Shown in pieces: positions 28,313 through 38,557 of a stretch of 64,000 nt of DNA. Each line of letters starts with the position of its first letter. Within the stretch, counting starts at the first letter, position 1. Position numbers and translations under genes: made by a program. Below the pieces are notes generated by a model. The model searched no databases and was not told the DNA's origin. It saw nothing but the letters and a program-made list of their open reading frames with translations. This stretch comes from a candidate division FCPU426 bacterium (lineage in GTDB: Bacteria > Oederibacteriota > Muellerivitia > Muellerivitales > Muellerivitaceae). The stretch lies in NCBI GenBank assembly GCA_963796105.1, contig CAWCKJ010000011.1, forward strand, positions 76,543 through 140,542, in the 5' to 3' direction.

Positions 28313-30103
28313 TTACATCCTTATCATCTTTAAATGCTCCACTATCGGCCCCAGGGCCATTGCCGGTATGAAGACCAGCGCCCCCACGATTAAAACCGTG
28401 GATATCAGCATGATGATGAACAAGGGCGTGTGGGTGGAAAGCGTCCCGGCGCTTTCCGGCACGATTTTCTTCCTGGCCAGGCTTCCCGCGATGGCCAGGA
28501 CCGGGATCTTGATCCAGAAGCGCCCGAACCAGATGGCCGCCGCGCCCAGCAGGTTGTAGAACGTACTGCCCGAAAGCCCGGCGAAGGCGCTCCCGTTGTT
28601 GTTGCTCATGGATGCGAAACCGTAAAGGATCTCGGAAAAACCGTGCGACCCGGGATTGTTCGTGCCGGCCCCCCCCGCGGCCACGGCGATCCCCGTGCAG
28701 ATGAGGGTCAAGAGGGCCGGCATGAGGATGGCGATGGAGGCCATCTTGGTCTCGAATGTCTGGAGTTTCTTGCCAAGGTACTCGGGCGTGCGCCCCACCA
28801 TCAGGCCCGCCACGAACACCGCCACGATGACGAAGGCCAGCATGCCGTAAAGCCCGCAGCCCACGCCCCCGAAAACCACCTCTCCCAGTTCGATCAGCCA
28901 AAGGGGCACCATGCCGCCCAAGGGCGTGTAGGAATCATGCATGGAGTTGACCGACCCGTTGGAGGTGGCCGTGCAGGCGGTGGCCCAAAGTGTGGAATTG
29001 ACGATGCCGAAACGCACTTCCTTCCCCTCCATGTTGCCGTCATGAAGTGTTTCACCGTGCGCGCCTATCGCAATCTTGTTCAAAAGCGGATTGCCGGCCT
29101 GTTCGGATGAGAAACAAAGGTAGAACATCGGCGCGAAGATGAGGAACATGGCGGTGATCAATGCCCAGCCCTGGCGCCGGTCCCTGACCATCACCCCGAA
29201 GGTATAAAACTGCGCTATGGGTATGAGGAAGATGGCTAACAGCTCCAAAAAGTCCGTGAGGGGAGTGGGGTTCTCATAGGGGTGGGACGAGTTGACGTTC
29301 ATGAACCCTCCCCCGTTGGTGAAGAGTTCCTTGACCGACTCCTGGGAGGCCATGGGCCCCAGGGCGATGGGCTGTTCCGTTACCGCCGTGTGGGTGGATT
29401 GGGGCTTGCCGTCCACGCTCACGGGCTGTCCCTGCGCGTTGGTGACGGGCAGGTCATAGGAAGTCGCCTGGACGAGGGAGGCCGTGGGGGAATTGGAGAA
29501 AGTCTGGGGAGTCCCCTGCTGGATGAGGACCAGGGCGAAAAGGAAGCTCAAGGGAAACACTATATAGAGGGTCCCCCTCGTCAGGTCGGCCCAGAAATTC
29601 CCGAGCAAAGTGGTTTCCCGCCGGGCGATTCCCCGGATAAGGGCGATCATGACGGCCAGTCCCGAGGCCGCGCAGACGAAATTTTGCACCGCCAGGCCCG
29701 CCATTTGGGTCAGGTAGCTCATAGTGGTTTCGCCGCCGTAAAACTGCCAATTGGTGTTGGTTATGAAACTCAAGGCCGTGTTCAAGGCCAGGTCGGGCGG
29801 CACCGCGCTTTGTCCCGCCGGATTCAGGGGCAGGTGCTGTTGGACGCGCAGAATGATATAAAGAATGATTCCGCCAACGATATTGAAGAAGAGCATGGCC
29901 AGGGCGTAACCCTTCCAATCCATCTCCTTTTTAGGGTCCACCCCGCAGATCTTATAGATCAGTCTTTCCAGCCAGCCCAGTAATTTTTCCATAAAGAAGG
30001 GCTTGTCCCCATAAACCCAGGACATGTAAATCCCGGTTGGTTTAATCAGGGCTAATAACACCAAGAAGAAAATGATTACTTGAAGCCATTGATTGCTATT
30101 CAT
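28313..30103 (-). CDS. kdpA: K+-transporting ATPase subunit A
   Basis: SFITNTNWQ, TNGGGF, NSSHPYENPT, SNGSVNSMHDS, GGVGCG, NNNGSAFAG. Confidence 0.97.
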   Translation of the reverse strand: MNSNQWLQVIIFFLVLLALIKPTGIYMSWVYGDKPFFMEKLLGWLERLIYKICGVDPKKEMDWKGYALAMLFFNIVGGIILYIILRVQQHLPLNPAGQSAVPPDLALNTALSFITNTNWQFYGGETTMSYLTQMAGLAVQNFVCAASGLAVMIALIRGIARRETTLLGNFWADLTRGTLYIVFPLSFLFALVLIQQGTPQTFSNSPTASLVQATSYDLPVTNAQGQPVSVDGKPQSTHTAVTEQPIALGPMASQESVKELFTNGGGFMNVNSSHPYENPTPLTDFLELLAIFLIPIAQFYTFGVMVRDRRQGWALITAMFLIFAPMFYLCFSSEQAGNPLLNKIAIGAHGETLHDGNMEGKEVRFGIVNSTLWATACTATSNGSVNSMHDSYTPLGGMVPLWLIELGEVVFGGVGCGLYGMLAFVIVAVFVAGLMVGRTPEYLGKKLQTFETKMASIAILMPALLTLICTGIAVAAGGAGTNNPGSHGFSEILYGFASMSNNNGSAFAGLSGSTFYNLLGAAAIWFGRFWIKIPVLAIAGSLARKKIVPESAGTLSTHTPLFIIMLISTVLIVGALVFIPAMALGPIVEHLKMIRM

Positions 30104-30122
30104 TGATTCCTCCCCAATTCAC

Positions 30123-30375
30123 TTTTCACCACAGAGACTCAGCCAAAACCCTCTTTTACTTCGTTTCAAAATTATTTTTTGAGCTCCCCAAAATTCGTCT
30201 TAACTGTGTCCCCAAGTCTTTGTGGTGAGATCGGTTTTTGTCTTACCCATTAAATTGTTTTAACTGTCAACGACCCATCGCTGCGGTGCGATGGGTTCTG
30301 TGCGGTGCGAAGCACCACTGTGGTGAAAATAGTTTTGATGTTTCCCAAAAATATCTTAACTGTGCCTCTGTGGTT
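30123..30375. repeat. Cluster of REP-like inverted and direct repeats between kdpF and kdpA
   Basis: TCACCACAGAGACT pairs with AGTCTTTGTGGTGA or CTGTGGTGAAAA; repeated TTAACTGT; hairpin ACCCATCGC...GCGATGGGT. Confidence 0.5.
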
Positions 30376-30404
30376 CCATCGGAACCCGTGGTTAACTTTG
30401 CTGT

Positions 30405-30494
30405 TTAAAACCACTCCGGCTTCACTAGCGCCGCCACCAGATAAACCAGAAGCCCCGCGGAAACGATCCCGCTGATGATATAAACCGCGTTCAT
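30405..30494 (-). CDS. kdpF: K+-transporting ATPase subunit F (29 aa)
   Basis: Not in ORF track. MNAVYIISGIVSAGLLVYLVAALVKPEWF has the YL..AL..PE.F signature. Confidence 0.92.
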   Translation of the reverse strand: MNAVYIISGIVSAGLLVYLVAALVKPEWF

Positions 30495-30589
30495 GATTCC
30501 CCTCCCATCATCTTGTCCAGGGCGTATATCAGCCAAAGTGACGACGCCGATAACGCCGCGAAAATTCCGACGCAATAAAGTTCCAGCAT
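30491..30589 (-). CDS. 32-aa single-TM peptide coupled to kdpF
   Basis: MLELYCVGIFAALSASSLWLIYALDKMMGGES; GGGAGGG RBS; ATGA overlap with kdpF. Confidence 0.75.
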   Translation of the reverse strand: MLELYCVGIFAALSASSLWLIYALDKMMGGES

Positions 30590-30599
30590 GATTCCCTCC

Positions 30600-30800
30600 C
30601 TAATCCAGGATTCTTCCGTCCAGGCGGTCCTTCTCGACCAACCGCAGGATGCGGCTGGTGTGTTTCTCGGCGGACTCTTCCGCGTCTTCTTGCGCCTGTT
30701 TCCCGGCCTTTTTTAGCGTTCGAACTGTGTAGCCAACCAGGAGGCAAACCACCCCGAAAATAAGCGGGCTTAAAAGGAATAAAAGCCTTTGAGTGTTCAT
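30600..30800 (-). CDS. Small membrane protein, first ORF of the kdp operon
   Basis: AGGGAGG RBS; TM helix then KKAGKQAQEDAEESAE; stop abuts the RBS of the next ORF. Confidence 0.65.
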   Translation of the reverse strand: MNTQRLLFLLSPLIFGVVCLLVGYTVRTLKKAGKQAQEDAEESAEKHTSRILRLVEKDRLDGRILD

Positions 30801-31153
30801 GAAATCCTCCCTTGCCGTAACGGCCCTGTTTTTTTCTTCAGGTTAAAGATACGGCTAAAGGGGATAAGGATGCTGTTAAGAGGGGACGCGAAGTTATATG
30901 GAAAAAATTAAAATGAAGGGAATTTCAATGCGCTATTTGAATGATTTTGGTGTGCTTGCAAAATTAAACATTTTGAACGGCTTAGAAACTCAGAGAAGAA
31001 ACCGAGGAGATTAATCTGATAGTGTAATTATAACTTCGCTAAATTTTCGACGAATTCTATGAATATTTCTAAATGCCGAATGGTCAAGTGCCACCTAGCA
31101 CGATACGCATACTGCTATTTGCCACGAAACGAAAAGCTTGTCCCTTATTTTAT

Positions 31154-32695
31154 TCAGGCAAATGCAGTTTGCTGCGATGACTCTAGTTTATTAATAAATT
31201 CGTGAGCTGCTTGAATTGGCGTAATTTTCCTTAAATCCAAATAAAAAATATCATCCGAAATTCCCACAACTTTCACATCATCAACTACAATTGGCAATAA
31301 ATATTCCGAAGTTCTTTTTTCACGCGCGTCTTTACCGATAGACAATTCAAAACTCGGCCAATCCTTTTCTGGATAATCTTCATTTAAAAAAACAACCATG
31401 TATTGTGCATCATTTGCATAAACATCCGCTAATTTCCTCCGGAGATTAGTTCCCCAAAGTTTAAATTGTTCATCAAAATCATAAAAAACATTAATCCCAT
31501 TCTTTTTCAGTTCAAGAACAAATTCTTCAACAATCTGTCGTATTGTTCCAGAAAAGGAAACTGCAACATCCCATTCAAACCCTCCCGATCTTACGAATAT
31601 ATGTTTTTTTATTTCCTCTATATCTATAAGCGATAAATAAAATCGAAACGACGGATCTTCGATAGATAATGTTCTTGACTGAGAATCATAAAATAAAGCA
31701 TCTTCCAAACCATGATCCGCGATCACAGCCGGTAAATAATTTAAACAATTATAAAATGAAGTGCTTTTTCTCGATCGTTCTTTTGGATCTGCCTGGCTAC
31801 CTACGATTCGCTTGAATAGTTCTTCGGCTGGTATTTCACTTCTATCAATGAGACAAATATTACGAATTATTTCAAAATAAGTGTTATGTACAGATCTTGC
31901 TTGTTGTTTACCCTTAGCCAGCCCAATTGTTTTTGTAAAATATTTTCCTTTATAAATTCTCAATACCGCTTCCCGAATCTCACTTAAAGAAATATTAATT
32001 GTTATGTTTTTAGTGCATGTTTGTTTCACGTCACTATGAACACAAGCAATTCTACAAATCGCCTGCAAGGCAGAAGGGATACATTTACAAACTTTTATAA
32101 TTTCGCTAATACTTTTATCGGAAAATTTTAAATTTAGAGCCTTCTCCCCTCTTTCTATTACTTCTGAGCAGAAACTATCATCTTGAACTTTCATTTCATA
32201 AGGATCATTACGTATTCCTAATTCAGGATCTATCGTTAGTAAATCATGTGCACTTGCAGCAATGCCAATTATTAAAATCCTTATTTCTTTTTCATGCCAT
32301 AGTTTTAAATTTTTACCAATTTGATTACGAACCTCGCTTTTCAAATGGTGAAAATCATCAATTACCAATATCCCGCAAGCTTTCATCCAACTATATAAAT
32401 CTTCATGATCAATTGAACAATTCAGCCGTTTTGAAATGAAATTCTCCCAAGAATTTTCATTAGAAAATTCACGACCTGATGCCCATTCGAATTTACCCGT
32501 TCCTACGCCTGCATCTTGTAGAGCTTTTCTAACTAAAGTTGTTTTTCCACAACCAGAAGGGCCACAAATAGTTATATGTTTTCCCTTTGTTTCTAAAGAT
32601 GCGACTAAATCACGGTGTTCTTTAGGTTTTACAAATGTCACCTCTGGAATAGAGGCTTCATTAAAAATTGCATCCAATTGATAAGTTGGTGTCAT
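31154..32695 (-). CDS. P-loop ATPase with C-terminal TIR domain (candidate defence protein)
   Basis: Walker A GPSGCGKT, Walker B ILVIDDFH; TIR WDVAVSFSG...VFYD...WPSFE; AT-rich. Confidence 0.8.
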   Translation of the reverse strand: MTPTYQLDAIFNEASIPEVTFVKPKEHRDLVASLETKGKHITICGPSGCGKTTLVRKALQDAGVGTGKFEWASGREFSNENSWENFISKRLNCSIDHEDLYSWMKACGILVIDDFHHLKSEVRNQIGKNLKLWHEKEIRILIIGIAASAHDLLTIDPELGIRNDPYEMKVQDDSFCSEVIERGEKALNLKFSDKSISEIIKVCKCIPSALQAICRIACVHSDVKQTCTKNITINISLSEIREAVLRIYKGKYFTKTIGLAKGKQQARSVHNTYFEIIRNICLIDRSEIPAEELFKRIVGSQADPKERSRKSTSFYNCLNYLPAVIADHGLEDALFYDSQSRTLSIEDPSFRFYLSLIDIEEIKKHIFVRSGGFEWDVAVSFSGTIRQIVEEFVLELKKNGINVFYDFDEQFKLWGTNLRRKLADVYANDAQYMVVFLNEDYPEKDWPSFELSIGKDAREKRTSEYLLPIVVDDVKVVGISDDIFYLDLRKITPIQAAHEFINKLESSQQTAFA

Positions 32696-32846
32696 TTTTT
32701 ATTCCTAATTCTTTAATATTCTAAAAGAGATAATACAAATCATTCTCTAAACACATCTACTACTTTAAGCACAAACCTTTCCGATCAATTGTTTTTCACC
32801 TCCAAATGGCCACTCAATCATAAAACGGTTAGAATTCCATTCTACA

Positions 32847-33674
32847 TTAAGGGAGAAATTGACTTTCCTGCACCTTGAATGTTGAAAGATAAGGGGATAG
32901 GTTCAAGGAAGCACTTAGAACCCCACTTACGGCTAAAGTAATTTGTGAAAATAAAAAAAGTAAATTTCCCGACATAGTATCAACCACATTCCAACAAGCA
33001 TTAGGCATTTTATTTCGCATTTCACTGTTAATGAAACCTAATGGTTTGTTATCGAAAACGATAAATCCTTTTCCCAAGACAAAAATTCCATCAAGAGATG
33101 GGCTGGGTGTCGAATACCGTTCCTCATTTACTGTCGACAATATTCGAGTTGGAATATTTAATTCTGTATGTAATGGTTGAATCCACCCATATATTGTATT
33201 CATATTCACGGGTCCTTCGAATGCAACCACATAATTTAATACGCTTGGGGGAAGATGACCGGTAAACAAAGTAGTCATATTGTTTCGCTTCAAGCTTTTT
33301 GCAGTTTTTGCCGCATTGATAGCGGCTTTTAATCCCGTGGCATCTATTTCTGATTTAACTTCAATTGTTGCAACAACAGATTCTGCTAAAAATGCCGAAA
33401 TCCCACCGCCTATATCAAGTCTGGGAAAATCACGACTATATACCACGATATCAAATTGATTTCGCTGCATAGTTTGTGGGGGATTTGGTTGCGAATGACA
33501 ATCGATAATCTCACCACTACCAATTGCAACTCGTTCACTAAGATGAGTTTCCAAAAATTGACGAATGAAAGATTCTCGTGGTGTCCCTTTATGTAAAACA
33601 TGTCCAGAATTTGCTGGAATTTTCGATGTGGCGAGAAGAGTATTTTCCACTGCATCCATGTGAGCTTTAAGCAT
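32847..33674 (-). CDS. DUF6602-type (PD-(D/E)xK-like) protein
   Basis: H..HKG..RE..IR.FL...GEIID...QFDIVVY...AESVVATIEVKS; AT-rich. Confidence 0.72.
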   Translation of the reverse strand: MLKAHMDAVENTLLATSKIPANSGHVLHKGTPRESFIRQFLETHLSERVAIGSGEIIDCHSQPNPPQTMQRNQFDIVVYSRDFPRLDIGGGISAFLAESVVATIEVKSEIDATGLKAAINAAKTAKSLKRNNMTTLFTGHLPPSVLNYVVAFEGPVNMNTIYGWIQPLHTELNIPTRILSTVNEERYSTPSPSLDGIFVLGKGFIVFDNKPLGFINSEMRNKMPNACWNVVDTMSGNLLFLFSQITLAVSGVLSASLNLSPYLSTFKVQESQFLP

Positions 33675-33828
33675 CGAATGTCTCTCTACAAATTGTTTAT
33701 TAGGCTCAAGTTTCTAGTGCAACACTATGAAAATTTGGTTCAGGCACCCAGCCCTATCTTGACGCAGGGACCTTTCAACACTTTAAACAGTCACAACCCC
33801 GGGATCGAAATTCCACTTCTTAAATATT

Positions 33829-34281
33829 TTATTTTTTAAAATGTAACCATCGGGAAAAGAAGCCTTTTTTCTGGTCGTTTTTAGCTGCGACTTCATCGAG
33901 ATAAGTTTTCAGAGCATTCCTATTGCCCTCTTTCATAGCCAGGAAATGGATGCCCGCGCCCTTTTCATTCAACCTGACCACTTCGGCAATGGCCCTTATG
34001 ATTTCGGTCGAGCCGGGAAGCATAATATCGAGGTTCAATTTTTCCCCAACCTTTAGCGTCTTGCACCCTACCAGGGACATGCCGCTGAGGCTTATATTCA
34101 AAGTGTCACCTTTTATCTCCTTCTTATCCCTATCAAGAAGCCTTTCTATTTCATCCTCGCTGTCCATCTCCCGAATGATGACAGATATTTGGGCGTCGAG
34201 CCGTGAAGCGGCCCGTTTATTATTTTCCTTGAAAGATTTCCCCATAGGCAGCCTTTTAACCGAAATTCCAATCCCCAACAC
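33829..34281 (-). CDS. PilZ-domain protein
   Basis: KRAASR and NISLSG c-di-GMP motifs; C-terminal AEVVR...GIHF. Confidence 0.85.
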   Translation of the reverse strand: MLGIGISVKRLPMGKSFKENNKRAASRLDAQISVIIREMDSEDEIERLLDRDKKEIKGDTLNISLSGMSLVGCKTLKVGEKLNLDIMLPGSTEIIRAIAEVVRLNEKGAGIHFLAMKEGNRNALKTYLDEVAAKNDQKKGFFSRWLHFKK

Positions 34282-34300
34282 CTAATTGGGTTTTATTGCA

Positions 34301-35386
34301 TCATTCTTTCCATCCCAAAGTGTCCCTCATTACCGGAACCAGTATATTCGCCAGCTCCTTTTGTGCCTTGGCCTGGGGATGGTAATCACAACCCAATTCG
34401 TCCGAGGGAACATTGGGATATCCCACGAAATAAACATGCTCATCCCCGGCCTCATGGCGCTTGGCCACCACCTCTTCCACGTAGGAGCTATAGCCGGGCC
34501 AGCCCGTGGTCGCGAAACAATATATGAAGGCGTTGGGGTATTTCCCCCGGACTTCCTTGATCAATTTGAGGTATCCATCGATGTAATCCTGGCTGTCGGC
34601 CTCGGGCTTGCTGGAAAAATCGTTTTGGCCGAGGTGGATGACCACCGCGTCGGGAACCCATTGGGAGAAATCCCATGGCTTGTCGGGATCATGGCAAAGA
34701 ACGCGGTTAAAAAGGGTTGGAAAAGGATCGGCGGACCTTTTGTTTTTGTCCCCCCAATTGCGCACAATTCCTTTGCCCGAATAGGCGACTAGGGTGTATT
34801 CGGCGTTCAGGTCCCGGGCCGCCTCAGCCCCGAAAGCCTTGTCCGCGTTCTCGAAGGGCCGGAGGTTCTCGCATTTCAGGGTAGTCGCTTCGTCCCCGTA
34901 GCCGCAGGCGAAGGAGTCCCCGATAATCTCGATCTTCCGGGCCGGTTTGGGAGGCGGGTTTAACAGGACGCCCTCATCGGATAAAACCAGCCCCTTGAAG
35001 GCGGCAATCCCGAAAAGGGCCTCGGTCCGTTTGACGATCTGGACGGTATGCTCCCCGTTGGCCAAGCCGGCCAAGGTGTAGAGGTTATGGTCGGGCTGGG
35101 TTACCCATACTTTTTCAGGCTTCCCGTCCACCTTGACGTCATAGTCGTTACCCCCGTCCTCCAATAGGAAACCAATGGATTTTCCCTTGAACTTGACCAA
35201 TATGGAGACACCCGGCCAATCGAACCGCGGGGCCTTGGGATCGGAAAAATCGATCCGGCCTGAGTATTGGATCATGGGATTGTCGGGGAGGGTGATGGGG
35301 GCCCCATGGGCGCGGGAAAACAACAGGGCCAATAATAGCGAGAAAAGGATTCTTGTTATCGCGGGTTTACTTTTCAAAATTCGCAT
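34301..35386 (-). CDS. Secreted SGNH/GDSL carbohydrate esterase (CE2-like)
   Basis: Signal peptide; YSGR...FDWPG; IIGDSFACGYG; SGKG; GQND; DYHP. Confidence 0.88.
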   Translation of the reverse strand: MRILKSKPAITRILFSLLLALLFSRAHGAPITLPDNPMIQYSGRIDFSDPKAPRFDWPGVSILVKFKGKSIGFLLEDGGNDYDVKVDGKPEKVWVTQPDHNLYTLAGLANGEHTVQIVKRTEALFGIAAFKGLVLSDEGVLLNPPPKPARKIEIIGDSFACGYGDEATTLKCENLRPFENADKAFGAEAARDLNAEYTLVAYSGKGIVRNWGDKNKRSADPFPTLFNRVLCHDPDKPWDFSQWVPDAVVIHLGQNDFSSKPEADSQDYIDGYLKLIKEVRGKYPNAFIYCFATTGWPGYSSYVEEVVAKRHEAGDEHVYFVGYPNVPSDELGCDYHPQAKAQKELANILVPVMRDTLGWKE

Positions 35387-35392
35387 AAAGGA

Positions 35393-35836
35393 TCAGTTCT
35401 TTTCAGGGGTATTTTTGCGCAGCTCAATGGCCCGGGAAAGCAGTTCCATATCCCCCTTGTGGACCGCCGTGACTTTCATGCCGGTTGAAAAAACCATTTC
35501 CTTCATCTCGGCCTCGAAGCCGACGTCATGGGCCTCAGCGATAAAGTGAAGCGGGCAATTGAAGTCAGCGACATGGGTGATGACCTCCAGGTGCATACCA
35601 GGCCGGAGGGGTTCCTGGCTGCAAAAAACCACGCGGCCCGCCAGGAGATCCTCGGGGGTGACACGCAAGAGATGCGCCATCATTCGGGCCAAGTCCGTAT
35701 GATGCATGGTCGAATGGGAAAAATTGGGGTCCTTGGTCAGTTGGGCGAGTTCCAGGTCCGTTAACACCTTGTAGTCCACCATCACAGGAGAGCCAGTCCT
35801 TTTCTGGTTTTCTATCCAGCCTTTTTTCAATGACAT
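35393..35836 (-). CDS. Hypothetical protein, degenerate PilZ-like
   Basis: ENQKR...VDYKV...EDLLAG...EPLRPG..LEV...GMKV layout; AGAGG RBS. Confidence 0.5.
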   Translation of the reverse strand: MSLKKGWIENQKRTGSPVMVDYKVLTDLELAQLTKDPNFSHSTMHHTDLARMMAHLLRVTPEDLLAGRVVFCSQEPLRPGMHLEVITHVADFNCPLHFIAEAHDVGFEAEMKEMVFSTGMKVTAVHKGDMELLSRAIELRKNTPEKN

Positions 35837-36418
35837 ATTCCCTCTTTTGACCCGTTTTAACCGCCCCGCATTCTCCCTGATTCTCGCACGATCTTCCGGG
35901 AAATTCCAAAAGATAAGGAAAGGCCCAATACAATCCTAAAAACTGTTGGCCTGATAGGGTTCCAGTCCACACAAAACCCAAATAACAAAAATAAATTCAG
36001 ATATTTTTAATTCTCAAAGGCATTAAGCAAAACTAAGTCTTTTGCCATGGATTCAGGGGATGCAGGGGATAGGCAAGAAACTGGATTTTGCAGGAATAGT
36101 TTATCGATCGTGTTTTATGGTTCAGCCGACGGCCTCTGGAAAAATCTATTTTTCCGAGGCTCGTGAGTTTGGCCATAACGCCCATCGGGCGCAATGGTGT
36201 AACCATTGACACGATCTAGAGGGTTGAATCCCATGTATCCCATGCATGCCGACCTTCCTATGAGTAATTAAGGAGGTCGGTATCGTACCAATCTTCATAT
36301 AAGCTTTATGGAAGATTGGCACATCTGTGGCAAGAGTCTATTTTGAACAGGTGTGAACTGCTTTCAATTCTTCATTGTACATTTTTCATTGTAAATTGCT
36401 TTCCTAGAGAGCCTTCCC

Positions 36419-38032
36419 CTATTTCTGGGCCGGGACATCCTTGAGCAATTCCACGTCGTCGATCTTGAAGTCAAAATCCGCGTCGCCGGAACCTGGGGTA
36501 AAAGTGATTTTGTTGACGTCATTAAATTTCTTCTCAACCTGCTTTCCCCAGTTGGCTTGCTTGAGATCCGAGAAGGGGATGGTGACTTGGGTCCATTCGG
36601 CAGGGGAGACGAAATCCGCCTGGTAATCGCAGTAGTCGGATACGGAGGCCTTGTTCAAGGAAACGGTATGGGTTTTTCCGTCGCCTTGGGTGTAGAACCG
36701 GATGGCCTTGTAGGCCGTGAGGTCCTCGGGGGCTGACGCGCTGTTCAAGTTGAGGGAAAGAAGCGCCCAAGGCCAAGGCGCCTGCATGGGGCCCATGTGG
36801 CCTTTTAATCCGGCGCAGTGGCCGGAGGACTGGGGCGAGCCCCCGGGCAAAGGCGCGAATGGGACCGGTGAGAGCTTGGTGGCCCCGTTGCCGTCACAGC
36901 CCTCCCACCAGGCGCTCCCGAAAGTTGGGGCGTCGGACTCGAAATCATCCAGTTTCAGGACATCCTTCGCGGGGGCCGCGACGATGGTCTTCTCATCGAT
37001 GACAGCCGGTTTGGCCTCGATGGGAGCCGGCGAAACGGCGGCCTTGGCTTGTTTCCAGGAGGCGTTGACGAGGGTCAATTCCCCCGGGTCGAACGAGATA
37101 ACGTAAACACCCTTATCGGCGGGTTTCAGGTCCTTCCCCTTTTGGGATACTTGGAGGCCGTCCCCTTGGATGCTTAATTTCAACTTTACGTCCTTCGGGA
37201 GGTTGGCGGGTTTTTCCCAGCGGATGACGGTTTTATCCCCGTCCTTTTGGGGCTCGGTTTTTTCCAGGGTTTTTTGCGCCCGCCAATAGGCGCACACTTC
37301 CCCGAAAGGCGCGGTCCAGAGGTCCTTCTTTTTTTCCACCAGGTAATCCAGGAGTTTCGTGTAGGTCTCCCGGGTGATGGGCTGGTACCAGTTCGAGGGC
37401 TCGATGGCGTGGATCATCAGCACGGTCCAGGCCCCGGAGGAAAGGTCCTGGTCCACCCAATTCTTGTAGGTTTCGTACGCGAAGGCGGTCATGGTGGCTT
37501 GGCTGGGCAGGTTGAACCAATCCGGTTCCATGTCCGGCGTGAGGTATGCGTTGCCGCCCCCGCCCCTGGCCGCGAAATTCTCCGCCTCGACCCATTTCCT
37601 CAGGCCCGGCGAAATCTCCACGTAGGGATAGGCCAAAGTCAGCACTGGCACGCCGCATAAGCGCTGGAGTTTATCCTTGGCCTCCACCACCTCGTTTTTC
37701 TCATCGTCGGGCTTCAGCTCGTTCACGTGGCTGTGGGTCATGGTGTGGTTGCCGATTTCCTGGTCGAAGATGGCGGCTTTTTTCCAATCGTCGGGCCGGT
37801 CCAGCTTGCCCGCGATCAGGTAAAAGGTACCCCTTAGTTTCCTTTTGGCCATCTCCGGGATTGCCACGTCCAAGTGACAGGGGTCGCCGTCGTCGTAGGT
37901 CAGGGATAGGGCGGCTTTGTAGCCGTTCCAGGGGAGGACCTCAAAGGGGACATCCTTAGCGCTTAAAACCAATGGATAAAGAAGGGCTGTTATGAAAAGA
38001 CAGGTTGAGGCCAAAATGAGTGTAAACCGCAT
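36419..38032 (-). CDS. Secreted polysaccharide deacetylase with C-terminal CIA30/CBM11-like domain
   Basis: SLTYDDG, GTFY, EIGNHTMTH, AYPY; C-terminal LDDFE...DLTAYKAIRF...WTQVTIPF...IDDVEL. Confidence 0.85.
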   Translation of the reverse strand: MRFTLILASTCLFITALLYPLVLSAKDVPFEVLPWNGYKAALSLTYDDGDPCHLDVAIPEMAKRKLRGTFYLIAGKLDRPDDWKKAAIFDQEIGNHTMTHSHVNELKPDDEKNEVVEAKDKLQRLCGVPVLTLAYPYVEISPGLRKWVEAENFAARGGGGNAYLTPDMEPDWFNLPSQATMTAFAYETYKNWVDQDLSSGAWTVLMIHAIEPSNWYQPITRETYTKLLDYLVEKKKDLWTAPFGEVCAYWRAQKTLEKTEPQKDGDKTVIRWEKPANLPKDVKLKLSIQGDGLQVSQKGKDLKPADKGVYVISFDPGELTLVNASWKQAKAAVSPAPIEAKPAVIDEKTIVAAPAKDVLKLDDFESDAPTFGSAWWEGCDGNGATKLSPVPFAPLPGGSPQSSGHCAGLKGHMGPMQAPWPWALLSLNLNSASAPEDLTAYKAIRFYTQGDGKTHTVSLNKASVSDYCDYQADFVSPAEWTQVTIPFSDLKQANWGKQVEKKFNDVNKITFTPGSGDADFDFKIDDVELLKDVPAQK

Positions 38033-38144
38033 CTAACCCTCCCAAATTGAGCTTTTGAATAAAAGCCATCTTGCCCCGCCACGGGGCAAAATGCCACCGT
38101 GAAATCTAGCGGAAAAGTCGGCTTCGGTCGGTGGAAAACTGGTT

Positions 38145-38557
38145 CTGTTCCCAGCTTAAGTCCAGCAGTTCCCGTGGTTATCTCAGCCTGTTCCCGGCTT
38201 AAGTCCTGCTGTTCCCGGGTTATCTCGGCTTGTTCCCGGCTTAAGTCCAGCTATTCCCGGGTTATCTCAGCCTGTTCCCGGCTTAAGTCCTGCTGTTCCC
38301 GGGTTATCTCGGCTTGTTCCCGGCTTAAGTCCAGCTATTCCCGGGTTATCTCAGCCTGTTCCTGGCTTAAGTCTTCCTGTTCCCAGGTTATCCCCGCCTG
38401 TTCCCGGCTTAAGTCCTGCTGTTCCCGGATTATCTCAGCCTGTTCCCGGCTTAAGTCCTGCTGTTCCCGGGTTATCTCGGCTTGTTCCCGGCTTAAGTCC
38501 TGCTGTTCCCAGGTTATCTCGGCTTGTTCCCAGTTCACAGCTGTTCCCGGGTTATCT
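38145..38557. repeat. Tandem array, 21-bp subunits in 42-bp units
   Basis: Alternating CTGTTCCCGGGTTATCTCRGC and YTGTTCCCGGCTTAAGTCCWG, about 20 subunits. Confidence 0.92.

Noticed and set aside
30840..30915. KdpE-like T-rich direct repeats upstream of the kdp operon
   Set aside because: Too degenerate in an AT-rich context to call, and no kdpE in the window
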